A stretch of 60,609 nucleotides of DNA, filler included, from Porpidia crustulata (lineage: Eukaryota): the NCBI GenBank assembly GCA_964255105.1. It is 11 parts of 11 records of this genome, joined end to end, with 100 filler letters (N's around TTAATTAATTAA, not from the genome) between each part and the next. Parts side by side here need not be neighbours in the genome. Positions count along the whole stretch, not along the records: positions 11,055 to 16,478 come from CAXUWE010001816.1; positions 16,579 to 22,001 come from CAXUWE010001817.1; positions 22,102 to 27,524 come from CAXUWE010001818.1; 8 more parts are not named here. The stretch is one strand, 5' to 3'. A model generated the notes under the pieces. It did no database searches and was not told where the DNA came from. It saw only the letters and a program-made list of their open reading frames with translations. Made by a program: the position numbers and the translations under genes. Below, piece by piece: positions 12,225 to 24,055 of the stretch (positions are counted from its first letter, which is position 1; each line of letters opens with the position of its first letter).

Positions 12225-13447
12225 ATGCGTCAAGTACAAATATGTTGCTGTTACCCGTCTGGTCGAGAAATCAGAAGCTGCCAGCACCGTAGCTAGAAAG
12301 CACGCGTTCTCTAGCCATTCCCCGGATGCCTACAAGGTTGTAGATCTCCCCTTTCCCCCCAATCACATCCCAAGATCATGCGCATATCACAGTGCATGCC
12401 ACCAGTATCAATCCCATTGATGTAAAGCTCGCTTTCGGGCTGGCAAAATTATTCCAAAATGCCATGTTTGCCTACTTTTTGCTCCTCGTCTGATGATGAA
12501 CCACTCATGACCGCCAGGTTCCTCTACAGATTGGCTTTGATGTGTCCGGTGCCGTGTCAGCAATTACCGCAGCGATGGTGTGACCAAGTACAAGGTCGGA
12601 GACGAGGTCTATGGCATTCTCCAAGACAGCACCAGAGGTTGGCAAACTCACCCTTTCCCCCAGTCTAGATTCGTAACATCCATAGGATCTGGGCTACGCC
12701 CTCGCCTCGCAAACCGTCATCGGATTAAAGCATCCCAGAATTGCCCACGTTGAAGCTGCTTCTTTCGGGATCGCCGGTATCACAGCTCTGAAAGGCTTGG
12801 ACCAAGCCAACAGTCTGACTCCGGGAGGACGTCAAGGTAAACCCGTTTCTGCTCCAGCAGGCCTTAGCAGGGCTGGCTCAATAGGGCTGTAAATTGCCAA
12901 AACCGTCTTTTTACGTCGGAAAATTCGTTACAACGGTCTCAACCGCCAAGCTCGATCAAATTCCTGCTCTTTTAGGCACCGGAGTGGTGGATCGAATGGT
13001 CGACTACAAGACCTAGGACTAGCTGAAAGAAATCTCGTATGGCTCGGTCGATGTTATGATCGATACTATGGGTAGATCCATCTCCTATATCTCTCTTCTC
13101 AAGTCGAAGAATGGTCACATTATTAGCCTCACAACAATTCCTGTAGGTTCTTCCGTGAAGAAAACTTTCCCGGATATGCTATTTTATTTGACGTATGTTA
13201 TGGATCTTGCCGACTGGTATTATAGATTTTGAACCGGCAGATGGAATATCTATACGAACACTTCGATGCTTTGGACCCCAAGACAATAGATTTAGATAGA
13301 ATGTTCAGGTTCGTAGCCGGAGGGAAAATCAAGCCTATCGTGGGGAGGTTGGCGAAGCTAGATGATTTGAATGAGGTGAGCAAAGGTCGTAACGACGTTT
13401 GTGAGACCCACGGTGAGATCGGGAATTTTGTGATTGAAAGTGTATAA
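12225..13447 (+). pseudogene. Degenerate MDR-family NADPH:quinone/enoyl reductase
   Basis: ITVHATSINPIDVK, GFDVSG, KYKVGDEVYG, AGSIGL*IAK (TAA 12890-12892), VDYKT* (TAG 13014-13016), GKIKPIVG...GNFVI; apparent frameshifts. Confidence 0.8.
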
Positions 13448-14034
13448 TAAAGAAACAACGGCCTTTGATACCATATCTCTATGGCCTGACATTCAGAGGC
13501 AGAGAATTGCTACTGAAGATATTTGTAATTTAGCAATCGTAAATCCGTCCTCATGATTGCGTTTGACAATAATGTAGATGATAAGCTTCAAAGCATAGAA
13601 ATGACCGTTCTGAGGATTTGCCAATTTCCGCAGAATTTTTCTTATATTCTCCGGTCTTCTCCTTCGAGTGGCCCACAATCACAAATGCTAGGTCGAAGTT
13701 CTAGGAACATGGACATCCTGGACGATCGATTGTAGGAGCCCTGGCTTATGAATGACGAATCAGTTACCAATTCGCAGAGACAGTTGGATCTTACAATGGC
13801 AGTATTTGGATTTGTGGCTTTTCGCCGTAAGCGTGTGGCCTAAACAGTTTCACATCCTCAATCCTGCGGGTATGGCCCTTTTCTGCAAATCAAATTTGTT
13901 GCCAGACGCAAACCAAGCCTTGCTATAACGACGTTGAAGGTAGACATTGGCTGAGGAATGCATTCCACCTTTTCTCAAAATTGGTACAAATTGTGCCTAT
14001 ATCAACGATATGTTTGGCAGCATCAATGTATCCG

Positions 14035-14789
14035 TTAACCGACGTTTGATAGGGCTCGGCTCGGTGCATTGCATGTCTGCGTTTGTTTTGATGCTGTACA
14101 GTTGGGACGACTCAAACCAAGACCAATGGATGGATGGATTGGAGTCGGATTATTTTGGTAAATGTTCATGATAATTTCGAACCTAGAACGGGTTGCGTAG
14201 GTGTACACGACAAGGTCAAGGCGACCTTGTTGCTCTACATACCTGCAATTCAGAATTCAAGATGTGGACCAACAGGTTTTCTTTACTTGCCATCGATGCC
14301 CACGTATCCTCCAACTTGATCAGTCGTCACGCACATGACATGCGTCTTCTGGGCTTGAGTAATCACGTTAAACCAAGCTTGAGCTACTGGAGTGATGGCA
14401 GTAAGGTCCGCGGACGCATAGGAGACTAGAGCGACCCTGCAGTCTCCTACGTAGTTCGTCGTTTCCTTCAGTATACATGCTTCTCGAAGGGACGATGAAA
14501 CCTTACCAACCGTCCATATCTTCGGGAGCTGGACTATACCATGCCCAAAGATATCATCGACAGCCCGGAAAGGTGGGTTGTACAATTGTGGCTCGACAAA
14601 CAAGCGACGCAGGTACTGCGCACTCGGGTCTGAAAAATCCGCCATTGCACGGTAGGCAGCGTGACAGTCAATCGCAGTCGGCCGGCCAAAAGCTTCCCCG
14701 TTGCAAACGGGCTCTGGCTGGAAAGCAAATACGGAACTTGATAGCGTTCCAAGCGTCAGACACACGAGAAAGTTGAGAAAAGATGACAT
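14035..14789 (-). CDS. Small secreted cysteine-containing protein, probably 3 exons
   Basis: Signal peptide MSSFLNFLVCLTLGTLSSSVFA, C-x-GRPTAIDC and VQLPKIWTVG..CRVALV motifs; a last exon read manually (YVEQQGRLDLVVY...) ends at TAA 14035-14037. Confidence 0.7.
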
Positions 14790-16578
14790 TGCTTCGTCTG
14801 GAAACTTTGACCTTTTTTCACGCTCAGCATGGCAACGACGAGTACTTAAACGCGCATACGATGCGCTTATGAAATGTGTATTCCAAGTCTTTGGGTTTCG
14901 TTGCTGTACGAGTTGTACCGATAAGCTTTAGGCGACAATTTGAGCGGTAATGGAATAGACATGTAATCTTGGAAGTTACTGGAATAATGACACTACTAAG
15001 GATGGAAACATTATTAAAGAAGGAGATATTTTAACTTGATCTTCTTGAAGGTTGAGATAAAACTAGCTGGCCCGCTTGTAAAGAATGATACTTGGCGAGC
15101 TTCATATTAGAGTGACTTATGAGCATAGATCTCTTGATTGATATTCACGATTGCAGTATGTTACGTCACTATATGGAATGCAATGTTGTTAGATGTGAGA
15201 GCGCCAGCGTCAAGTGGAGTATCAAGTACGCCCAAATGACATGGTAATCTGCTCTCTACCTATTGAAGAAGCCTGTTCACTCGCATTGACGCAGAATCTT
15301 AAGCGGAGTTGGCGACCACAATGAATTTGGTGGCTACGAGAGGTTATTGAGACTTTCTGTGGCATGAATCTGCCAAAGATGTCGGTGTCAAGTTGGTGAC
15401 GCTGGCATAGCCGTACTTTGTAAGAGATGGTGCCAAGTCAATAACAAGACATCCGGAACACTGTTGGTACTGTTGCTAAGATTGACGAATGATACGAGTT
15501 ACGGTGAACACGGCATCCAAATAAATGCACCAGAGTGGTTAAAGGACGCGGCGGCGACGCTACTTGAGACGGTTGCTGTGAGACGGTGGTGACCAAGTGT
15601 TCGATGCGATGACGGTGGGATTTCCGGAGTATGAGAGCTCAGGCAATTCGTGGATAAACATGTCCACTTCCACAAACTGCCTGGCGAGCGCATGGGTTGC
15701 TTTGATTAATTCTGCTTCGAATACAGGTATGCAGGACTTGGAGGGCTGGAAATACATACACATATGTGCCAGCCACGCCAGCCTCTTCAGATGCATCACT
15801 AGCCACACTGAAATAATTGAAATATGGACATGTTGCGATTGGCCACGTTAATGTGCTCGGTCGGTACCTAAGCACCCTAATGCCTGTGTCTCAGCATTCT
15901 CGGTTAGACTGCCATTAGTCTCGATTCATTGGCCCCGCCCGGGAAGACCGAGCATTTATAATTAGCTTTTTACACGAACGGCCGGCGGGTGGCCTGGGAG
16001 GAATAAAAGAGATTGCGGTGTTGTTGTTAATTGCGTATGCCCTCGTTCCGCCGTCTGTCCGGCGTTAATTCCTTCGTCAAGTCGTCGCCAAGTATCTTTC
16101 AACATCAAAGTCACAATGAGACGCACGAGGATGCCCCATTGAGTCGTAAACATCAGCGGGCAAAATCAATCATGGTTGATGAGGTAAAGGCGACATGCAG
16201 ACGACTCGCGGCTCCTAATTACTATTACTTCATTACGAGGCCTGACTCCACATCCCGGTTAACTGATTGCCATAGCAGCCAATCATGACATAGCCGAGCG
16301 AGACATTTACGATTTCTCATTGGACAGATTAGCATCGGCCAGTCGGGCAACGATTGGAAATGGCTTGGCTAGAGAGTACTAATCCTAAATAGTGTCCAAC
16401 CGACAGATGGCAGAAAAGGCAGACTGCAACAAGTCCCTTACTGTTGCATCAAAAAAGTGCATCAACACAGCGATCAACNNNNNNNNNNNNNNNNNNNNNN
16501 NNNNNNNNNNNNNNNNNNNNNNTTAATTAATTAANNNNNNNNNNNNNNNNNNNNNNNNNNNNNNNNNNNNNNNNNNNN

Positions 16579-16940
16579 CTCTAAAGCGGCCCTGCTCCCT
16601 TTCCTGATCGAAAAAGGCAATCCCAAATCCTAAGTTCGGGGTGTATATAATACATATATATATACTCGCTTCCACCCCCCAACGGTCCGCGTTAATCAAA
16701 ATTAGTCAATGTAACCCTAACCCTAGATAGGGCGGACCATTGGGGGGTGGGAGCGAGTATATTACATACACCCCGAACTTAAGATTTACAATTACCATTC
16801 CGGGTTGGGAAAGGGAGCAGAGCTGCTTTAGAGGGAGCACCAGGGGAGCAAAGGGGCGCAGTGAAGGAGCATCGATGGAGCAAGAGAGAGCAAGAGGGAG
16901 CAAGAGGGAGCACATTCAGGCATAGCAGGGGCACAGCAGG
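16579..16940. repeat. Palindromic repeat unit, copy 1: arm A 16579-16690, 41-bp spacer, arm B from 16732 with GAGCA array
   Basis: About 100-110 bp of imperfect inverted repeat (CTCTAAAG...CCCCCCAACGGTCCGC versus GCGGACCATTGGGGGG...CTTTAGAG); GAGCA-like motifs at 10-11 bp spacing, 16835-16912. Confidence 0.85.
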
Positions 16941-17278
16941 TGAGAGCCTGAAATGGCTTCCTCGGTCTCGGTTTGAGTTGCCCTCGTTGCTTTTCTGCTG
17001 CCTACTACTAGACTTCGCCACTTCCCACAGGATCCTTTTAACAGCTGAAGCGATCATCAAACTTCCAGTCTGAAGGGGAATCTTCTACGGTTCTGGTGAC
17101 AAGCTTGCAAGAATTTGCGCATAACACTAAAAAACAATTGGGCTCGATTGTAAAGAAATCATTGAATCTATAAGACTTCCACCTACCTTCGGTCAATTTG
17201 GCATCGCAACGAGTTTCTATCTAATGCAGCCTTTGGTCTTTAAGACATTGATACTTAAGCTCTGAAGACTCGGAGCTC

Positions 17279-20200
17279 ATGGCTCAGAAAGTTATTAGAA
17301 GATCTGATGTATTGACATGTCAATTCCTAAGCAACTATTACAATGGTTGTAAACCTTGACAGAAAATAAAATTCCTTAGCTAACAGTCACAGGCGCCAAC
17401 GCTAGAAATACTCTCGCCCAGAATAGACCAAAATGAACCTGGGGTTGAGCAAGTTTTTCCCGACAACTTCAAAGAAGTCTGAACTGACGTCTGGCTTAGT
17501 ATCATTTTTGTGCATGGACTAAATCCTCTGAGCCATACTGGACATGCTGTGAAAACTTGGACTCATGCGAACGATACTTTCTGGCCAGGCAAGCTTCTCC
17601 CGGAGCATATCCCAACGGCTCGAATAATGCTTTTTGCGTACAATTCGAACGTCGCATGGGATGTTTCAGAGGCCGGCATACGCCAGCATGCAAATGATTT
17701 GCTCGATTTAGTCAACGAGCGGAGACAGGTTCTTATTTCGAATTCTCCTGCACCGCTTCCTTCGTCTAAGTTTGACCAGGAAGTCCCATGTATTCGGCCT
17801 ATCATCTTCATTTGTCATAGCCTAGGAGGCTTGGTAGTGAAACAGGTATGCAATGGGTCCTCAGCCTCAGCTTCCTATCGCCCTATACTAAAGGTCACTT
17901 CTAAGGCTCTATTGACAGCACACCTCAATCGCCGATTTGAATCCATACGGCGGATTACCTACGGAATTGTATTCTTTGCGACTCCTCATAGAGGCGGAAA
18001 TGGAGCAACAATTGGCCAAGTTGCTGCTAATGTGGCACGAATTGTTACTGGTAGTGACCGTAACGACCTGGTTAAATCTCTCCAAAAGAACTCCCCATTC
18101 TTGGCTCATCTTACTGCGGATTTCAAGCATATTTCCGATGACTACAGCTATCTTAGTATTGTTGAGAGTAGAGGGATATTCAGGGCTCCCTTCCGAACGG
18201 TTAGTGGCCATTTTTCCATTCCCAGATACTGCTGAACCATCTCAAGGTAGTTGTAGACAGAAACTCTGCTGAGCTAGGACTTCCTGGACATCGAGAACAC
18301 GTCATAGAACTGGACTTCGACCATCGCCAAATCTGCAGGCTCACGAATGATGCCGTTTTCCAACGAATCCTGCGCCACATAAAGTGGCTTGTTGACTCAG
18401 CTACAAGGGCGGCCAGGGATAATCAATCAGATAATCAATCGCAGATCTACCAACAGGAGCCATCGACACACAGTGCTGAGATATCTGTGGCTTCGTCTTC
18501 TCCTCTTTTGTCGACTGTTGACTGCATTGAATCAGTCACGAATGTTGGATTTGAGGCTCTCATGAAGCAATTGACGCAATGGCTTTCTGATGACTCTCCA
18601 TTCTTGGTCCTACATGGAGTTCATGGCTCTGGGTTAGTTCAAAATAGCTAAGCTTATCCAGATGCTAAAATGAAGACAGGAAAACGTCCGTAGCGTCCGA
18701 GTTTGCGTGGAAGCAGCGAAATTCCTTTTCCATTTTCTGGTTTGCGGCCGAAAATTTGCATACCTTACAAATTTGGTACTACAGAGCTTCATTCTGTGTC
18801 GACCCTGGTAGATTCAGTGAACATACGAGAGACCACTTTGGTTTTGTGACACAATGGCTACTTAATCCTGGGAACGGCAGATGGATCTTGATATTCGATA
18901 ACGCGAATCCGGAGCTGAACTTCGGAGAAATTTTGCCTAAAACCGTTCCATGGGGCAAAATACTGATCACAAGCCGCACAGGAAACGTGACAATGGGTAC
19001 AAGACAACCAAGTGAACACCTAGTCTCGGTTTCGATGCCACCGCTTTCGGCTGATGAAGCCCTTGCATTGTTCACACTACGATGTGCAAACTCAGAGATA
19101 GCGCAAGCACAAAGATCGGAAGTCTCTAGGCAGACTTCTCTCTTACGTTACAGTCCATTCTCTATTTTACTGGCAAGTGCATATTTCCAGACGTTCCGGG
19201 ACGTCACGGCAATTCAATCTACCGATCATGACACTCCAGATAACAATGACAATCTCGTGTCGCTGATATCATTTCTGATTGAAGAAGCTGGCATGAATCG
19301 TCGCCTGTTCTTAATATTTCTCTTCTTGCTCGGTGGAGGCACTACCCCGTTAGAGGTTGTCAATCTGTGCCAAAGGCTTCTAAAACCGCGTCGTGACCTT
19401 CAAAGAGGAATCGAATTCCTAAGTATCAGCAACACGGGACCGACGATCAATCATTGGACGTCTCTTGGACTTTTACAGCGCCAAAACAGTCCTCTTGGGA
19501 CAGTCCTCATTTTCCCGTCCTCTGCCGCGATGGCTATGGAACAAGAAATTTTGAAGGATCCTGAGCAGACTATGCACATTCTGGAGCTTAGTTTGCGCCT
19601 CTTAGCTTTGGGAAAGGATGAAATCCGCTCTCTGTCTCCAATCAACATTGTCAGATACGTGGAAAAGACCATCAGCAGCCTCCGCAACCTCTGTGCAGTA
19701 GCTAGAGACATATCATTACCTTTACCCAGGGACTCCATGAGTCATCTGCAGGTTTCTTCCTTCTACTATCTTGACAAAACAATATTGGAGGGCCGCTTAT
19801 TGTTCAAAAAAATGTTTTGGCGGCAGTGGCTTTCTTCGTTCAATTATCCATCTCCAGCTTATTTGACAAATGACAACGAATTTACAACTGGCCCTCCCAT
19901 CCTGCGATGGCCCACTTGGCTTGAAACTCTGCTTCAAAAAAGTGATCTCAAAAGCATTGACTTTAGAAATGTCGTTCACGATGAAATCGTTGCAAAATTG
20001 CGGGACGAGCTAGAGCGTGCGACTTGGCTCTGTGGAATCGGAAATGCTTGGTTCGGAGTGCGTGCGCATGTGTTTGATTTTGCGCGTCATAATTTCCACG
20101 TGGATTTCTCCGAGGGCCAGAAAGCGAGCTTTCTCAACTTCATCGATAAGGGAGGAAAAGAAGGTGTTCAGACCAAACTCGTATCCGTCACCCGGAGTCA

Positions 20201-20897
20201 AGATTTTCGGGAAGAAGTCGAGGGCAAAATCAGCTCTGGCGCTGTAGAGGAAATCGCGCAGGTGATTTGTGCCATCTCACACCCTCATATGCCATTTCTA
20301 TCGAAGGAGGTCATCCAAAAAGCTGTATCTGAGGCTCTCGGAGACATCATGCATGAAACCTTCTACGAAGCCGGTAGCGTCTTCACGTCGACTCTTCTAC
20401 CGATACAAGGTTTGATTAAAAACATTATCGAAGGTCTGTTAGAGATCCCATCCGACGGAGAAAGCGCTCAAAATCTCGTCTCATTTGGCGTATCCGAGGT
20501 AGGTGGGCAACACCTGCAGGAGCGTTGCCTCGCACTAGCAGAAGGGTTCTGCGAGTATCTTTATGCGGCAAAGATGTGGATCGCGGCAAAAGTCTGTCTC
20601 CACCTTGCGTATGCGGCCGCGGATGAGAATAAGCCGACGAGAGAAGTCGACTGGGACTGGATCTGCGCGATCATCGAAATCGCCCGCGAAGGCGTCTGTC
20701 CGGTAGAAAGGATCCCAGGTCGCAAGGCAGAAGTTGCGGGACGGAGAATGCTACATTGGTTAGAGGAGGCTCACCGATGTAGGAATGCATGGGGTGCACG
20801 GCCAGATGTACCGGCATATGAATTTCGAAATCAGGCTTTGTGGGAAGAAACGCGTATTCTCATGGGTGCCGAAAATTATTCCTGGATATTGTCATAG
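17279..20897 (+). CDS. NLR-like protein: SesB/DUF676-type alpha/beta hydrolase + NB-ARC-type P-loop NTPase + uncharacterised C-terminal region
   Basis: DIIFVHGLNP, CHSLGG, ATPHRG and DHRQIC hydrolase motifs; Walker A HGVHGSG|KT split by an intron near 18633-18679; WILIFDNA Walker B; GKILITSR. Start codon and exon 1 are tentative. Confidence 0.82.
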
Positions 20898-21229
20898 CGA
20901 GCCCAGAAACTATCTCTCGACCACAATAGTAAACGAAAGTGAGGGAAGCCGCTTTGAGAAGGGTCTTTGGCTGTCAAGAGGGGAAATTCAGCTCCCTGCT
21001 ATAGTACAAAGCTAATATGCTAGGAGACCTTGGGAGAATCAAGGGGCAGGGAGATCTTACGCCCCGAGGGTTTTTCCCGTACTCGTTTAAGAGTAGCCCT
21101 ACTTCCGTGTAAACAAGAGGATGATAAGATATCCTAGGTAGTAGGAAAAGCAACGAAGGTTTACTGAAGCCGAGACGGAAGAAAGCTATTTTGGGTTTTT
21201 ATCTACTGCGCCCCTATACCACCCTATAT

Positions 21230-21605
21230 ATAGTCCTCTCTCTCGCTCGCTCATATTCCCGCACTGCTCTCTCGCTGCTCTTTACTCTCTTGTCGCTCCT
21301 TTGTTGCTCCTTTTAAAGTGGCTCTGCTCCTGTTTTCCCGCCCCGGAACGGTAAATATCAAGTCCTAAGTTCTGGGGTATACATTATATATACTCGAAGC
21401 TAGAGATTAAAGATTGCCGTTTCTGTTCGAAAAAAGGGAGCAGGCCGATTTAGAAGGATCATAATAGAGGGAGCAAAAACCGTAGCGAAGGGGCATCGAG
21501 GGGAGCATTAAAGAAGCATAAGGGAGCACTAGCGGAGCACAAGGGAGCACAGAAGAGCAGGAGGGGGTGAGCAAAAGCACTAAACGGGCCCTAGCGCGGG
21601 AGCAA
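21230..21605. repeat. Palindromic repeat unit, copy 2, inverted relative to copy 1: arm C ~21230-21396, arm D 21405-~21605
   Basis: The reverse complement of arm C matches arm B (CGAGTATA...CCCC.GAACTTA.GA.T...TACC.TTCCGGG...GGAGCAGAGC..CTTTA); arm D matches the reverse complement of arm A; TGCTC/GAGCA arrays lie on the outer sides. Confidence 0.8.
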
Positions 21606-21658
21606 TGTGGCGGTACTGTTTGTTTGAAATTCGAGAATAGTATATATATAAACATGTA

Positions 21659-22001
21659 ACGTAATCCGACACTAAACGCACGCCGACACTAAACGCACAC
21701 CCCACCAAAATCCAACCATTATGTTCAAATCGCTCCAAAATGGTCAACGAAGAAGCTATAGAGCAAGCAATTAATGATTTAAGATCACAGGAACTTCCTA
21801 ATTTCACTGCTGCTTCTGAAAAGTATAATGTTCATCGTACAACTCTTACACGTCGCTTCAAAAGCGAAGCTCTCTCCTACACCGAAGCTCGATCTAGGAG
21901 CCACAAACTACTCACCAACGCTGAAGAATCAGTCTTGCTTGAGTATATTTAAAAGCTTTCAGACCAGGGACTGCATCCAACGCCTAAAATACTGAAGAAC
22001 C
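21659..22001 (+). mobile_element. Pogo/Fot1 (Tc1/mariner superfamily) DNA transposon, 5' end, disrupted transposase, cut by gap
   Basis: TA at 21657-21658, then a TIR starting ACGTAATC with duplicated CCGACACTAAACGCAC; ORF from 21740 encodes HTH_psq/CENP-B-like motifs (AASEKYNVHRTTLTRR, LLTNAEESVLLEYI*KLSDQGLHPTP) with an internal TAA at 21950-21952. Confidence 0.88.
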
Positions 22002-22101
22002 NNNNNNNNNNNNNNNNNNNNNNNNNNNNNNNNNNNNNNNNNNNNTTAATTAATTAANNNNNNNNNNNNNNNNNNNNNNNNNNNNNNNNNNNNNNNNNNN
22101 N

Positions 22102-23655
22102 GTGGATGGGGGGAGATTTATGAGGGATAAGTAGTCTAATGCGCGGGAGAAGAGGGCGAGAGCGTTTACGAAGGAGCCGAGGAGGGCGTGGGAGCGGGCG
22201 ATGGCGAGACATCTACTATTGTTAGCCGTAGCTTCCAGAGGTGCAGAGCAAGTTCACCTTAATGCTGCAAAGTATGCTCTCTTCCCTTCTAGCTCTGCAG
22301 TAAAGTCTTGATCCGCTGCCACACCTGGTAGTTCCTTTACAGCTTCTACGCTCTGGAGCGTAGCGTCGTAAAGGACAACACGTTCTCTCAGTCTAGCAAG
22401 CTTCCTTCCGGTGTTTCCTTCCTTGCCGATCCACTCCTTCCCATCTTTCCTGGGCTTCTTGGGTTTCTTTGGAACCAGGTCTTCTAGAACGGCCCCATCT
22501 TGTTGGCCACATAGAATTCGATTCCTACCTATTCTCCACCCAATCAAAGCATAGTTGACAGCCGTCCTGGTAATCTGCAATGCCTGCATACGTCTATCGC
22601 TCTGGGGAATACCCTCAGTAGATAGCTCATCAATTGCAGTTTTGGTGGCATCTACAGCGTCTTGACTCGGTATGAGAACCTCGTCATACGCGGCAGCCTT
22701 GGCTCTAGGCTCTGAATCTATATGGTCAGATAGAAAGGTGGATAAATTTTCTTCGGCAGCCGCCACGGCCGCGAGGGCTTGAGCTGTGGCTGCATCCTCC
22801 AAATTTACAATCCGCGATCTCCAAGAAATGGTCTTGGGCAGATTCTCCGCATCACCGCTTGGCCCTTTTAACGAACCTGTCGTGGGATTGTCCAACGCAT
22901 TTGGGTTCGTTTCAAGAACGTGTGCGACATACTCATTATTGCCCCGTGATACAAACTGGAGAACAATCGAATCAATGGAAGTTGTACGTGGTATTTTCGA
23001 CTGGTAAGCTGCATAGCGGATACTCGGATCAATGGTGCTCGACAGTGGGTCTCGCAAAAGGTCGCCAGTATTAGCGTTCCCATTCTTTACAAGAGCTGAA
23101 TATATAAATCGTGCCTCCGAATACGATTGTAAGCACTTTTTCCAGCTCTGTTTCTCAAAGTCGGCTGCTCCAAGTAGCGATACGAAGTAGGCGCGAGCTT
23201 CGAGAATGTTGGTTTCCGTGGTGGATCCTTTCCTGCTCTTTAAAAGGTCGACGAGATGTCCAGCATACTTGCTGGCTTTGTTTATTCGAGTGTTGATATG
23301 CCGTCTGGTAGAGCCAGTAATGTCTTTGCTTCCTGCACCCGCAGCGTATGTTGACTTCATGTGCATAGCTTGAGCCCATGCTCGCTCGGACGTAAGAAGA
23401 AGTAGATGTATAAATCTAGATTGCTCAGCATACAATTTGCGAGAGACGAGTTGATATCCCTAACTCATGATTGTTTGCGATATCCTCTACACTAACTGCT
23501 TCCTTTGCGGTATACTTGACGCCCTTATTTGTACTTGGATAGAGCTTTTTCCTTACGACACGTAGTCGCCGAGAGAGTTGCTGTCGGTACGATCCATAAT
23601 CACCAACCAGGAGAGCTTTCTCTCTCTGGCCAACGACGAAAGCCGTGATGTCCAT
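22102..23655 (-). CDS. SRP68: Signal recognition particle subunit SRP68, 3' truncated
   Basis: MDITAFVVGQREKALLVGDYGSYR, LLLTSERAWAQAM, IDPSIRYAAYQ motifs. Confidence 0.92.
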
Positions 23656-24055
23656 CGTGGGTACTGAAGGTTCAATAATTTATCAGCCCACCCTGCTTGA
23701 CAGTGGGGGAACGAGGGAAGCCCAGGCTTGATTATAATACCGCTAGATGTTAGACGGGTTATAAATTACAAGACCTCGATCTAACCTATGATGCGAATGA
23801 TGCGGTCGATCTTCAATTTGTGTATCCGTCATAAATATTGCCTCCCATATATATGACCTGAGCCTCGCCATAACCGATTACCACTCCCTAGGTCAGCCTG
23901 ACATAGCTCTCCACACTACAAGTATCGAATCAAGATTCTGCGAGTCTGGAACTTTTCAAAGGTTTGCCTTCTCTCTAGTAATCGTGGCAAAGGAATACCT
24001 ATGATCTTCACATTACCGCCTTGCTTTGTACAAGTGGAGGAAGGCTTGTTGGGGC

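Noticed and set aside
15300..15900. Overlapping short ORFs, possible decayed gene
   Set aside because: No consistent motif or frame could be established.
8000..22001. Apparent accessory island of secreted proteins, pseudogenes, NLR and transposons
   Set aside because: It spans three separately assembled, size-sorted contigs, so the adjacency is artificial.
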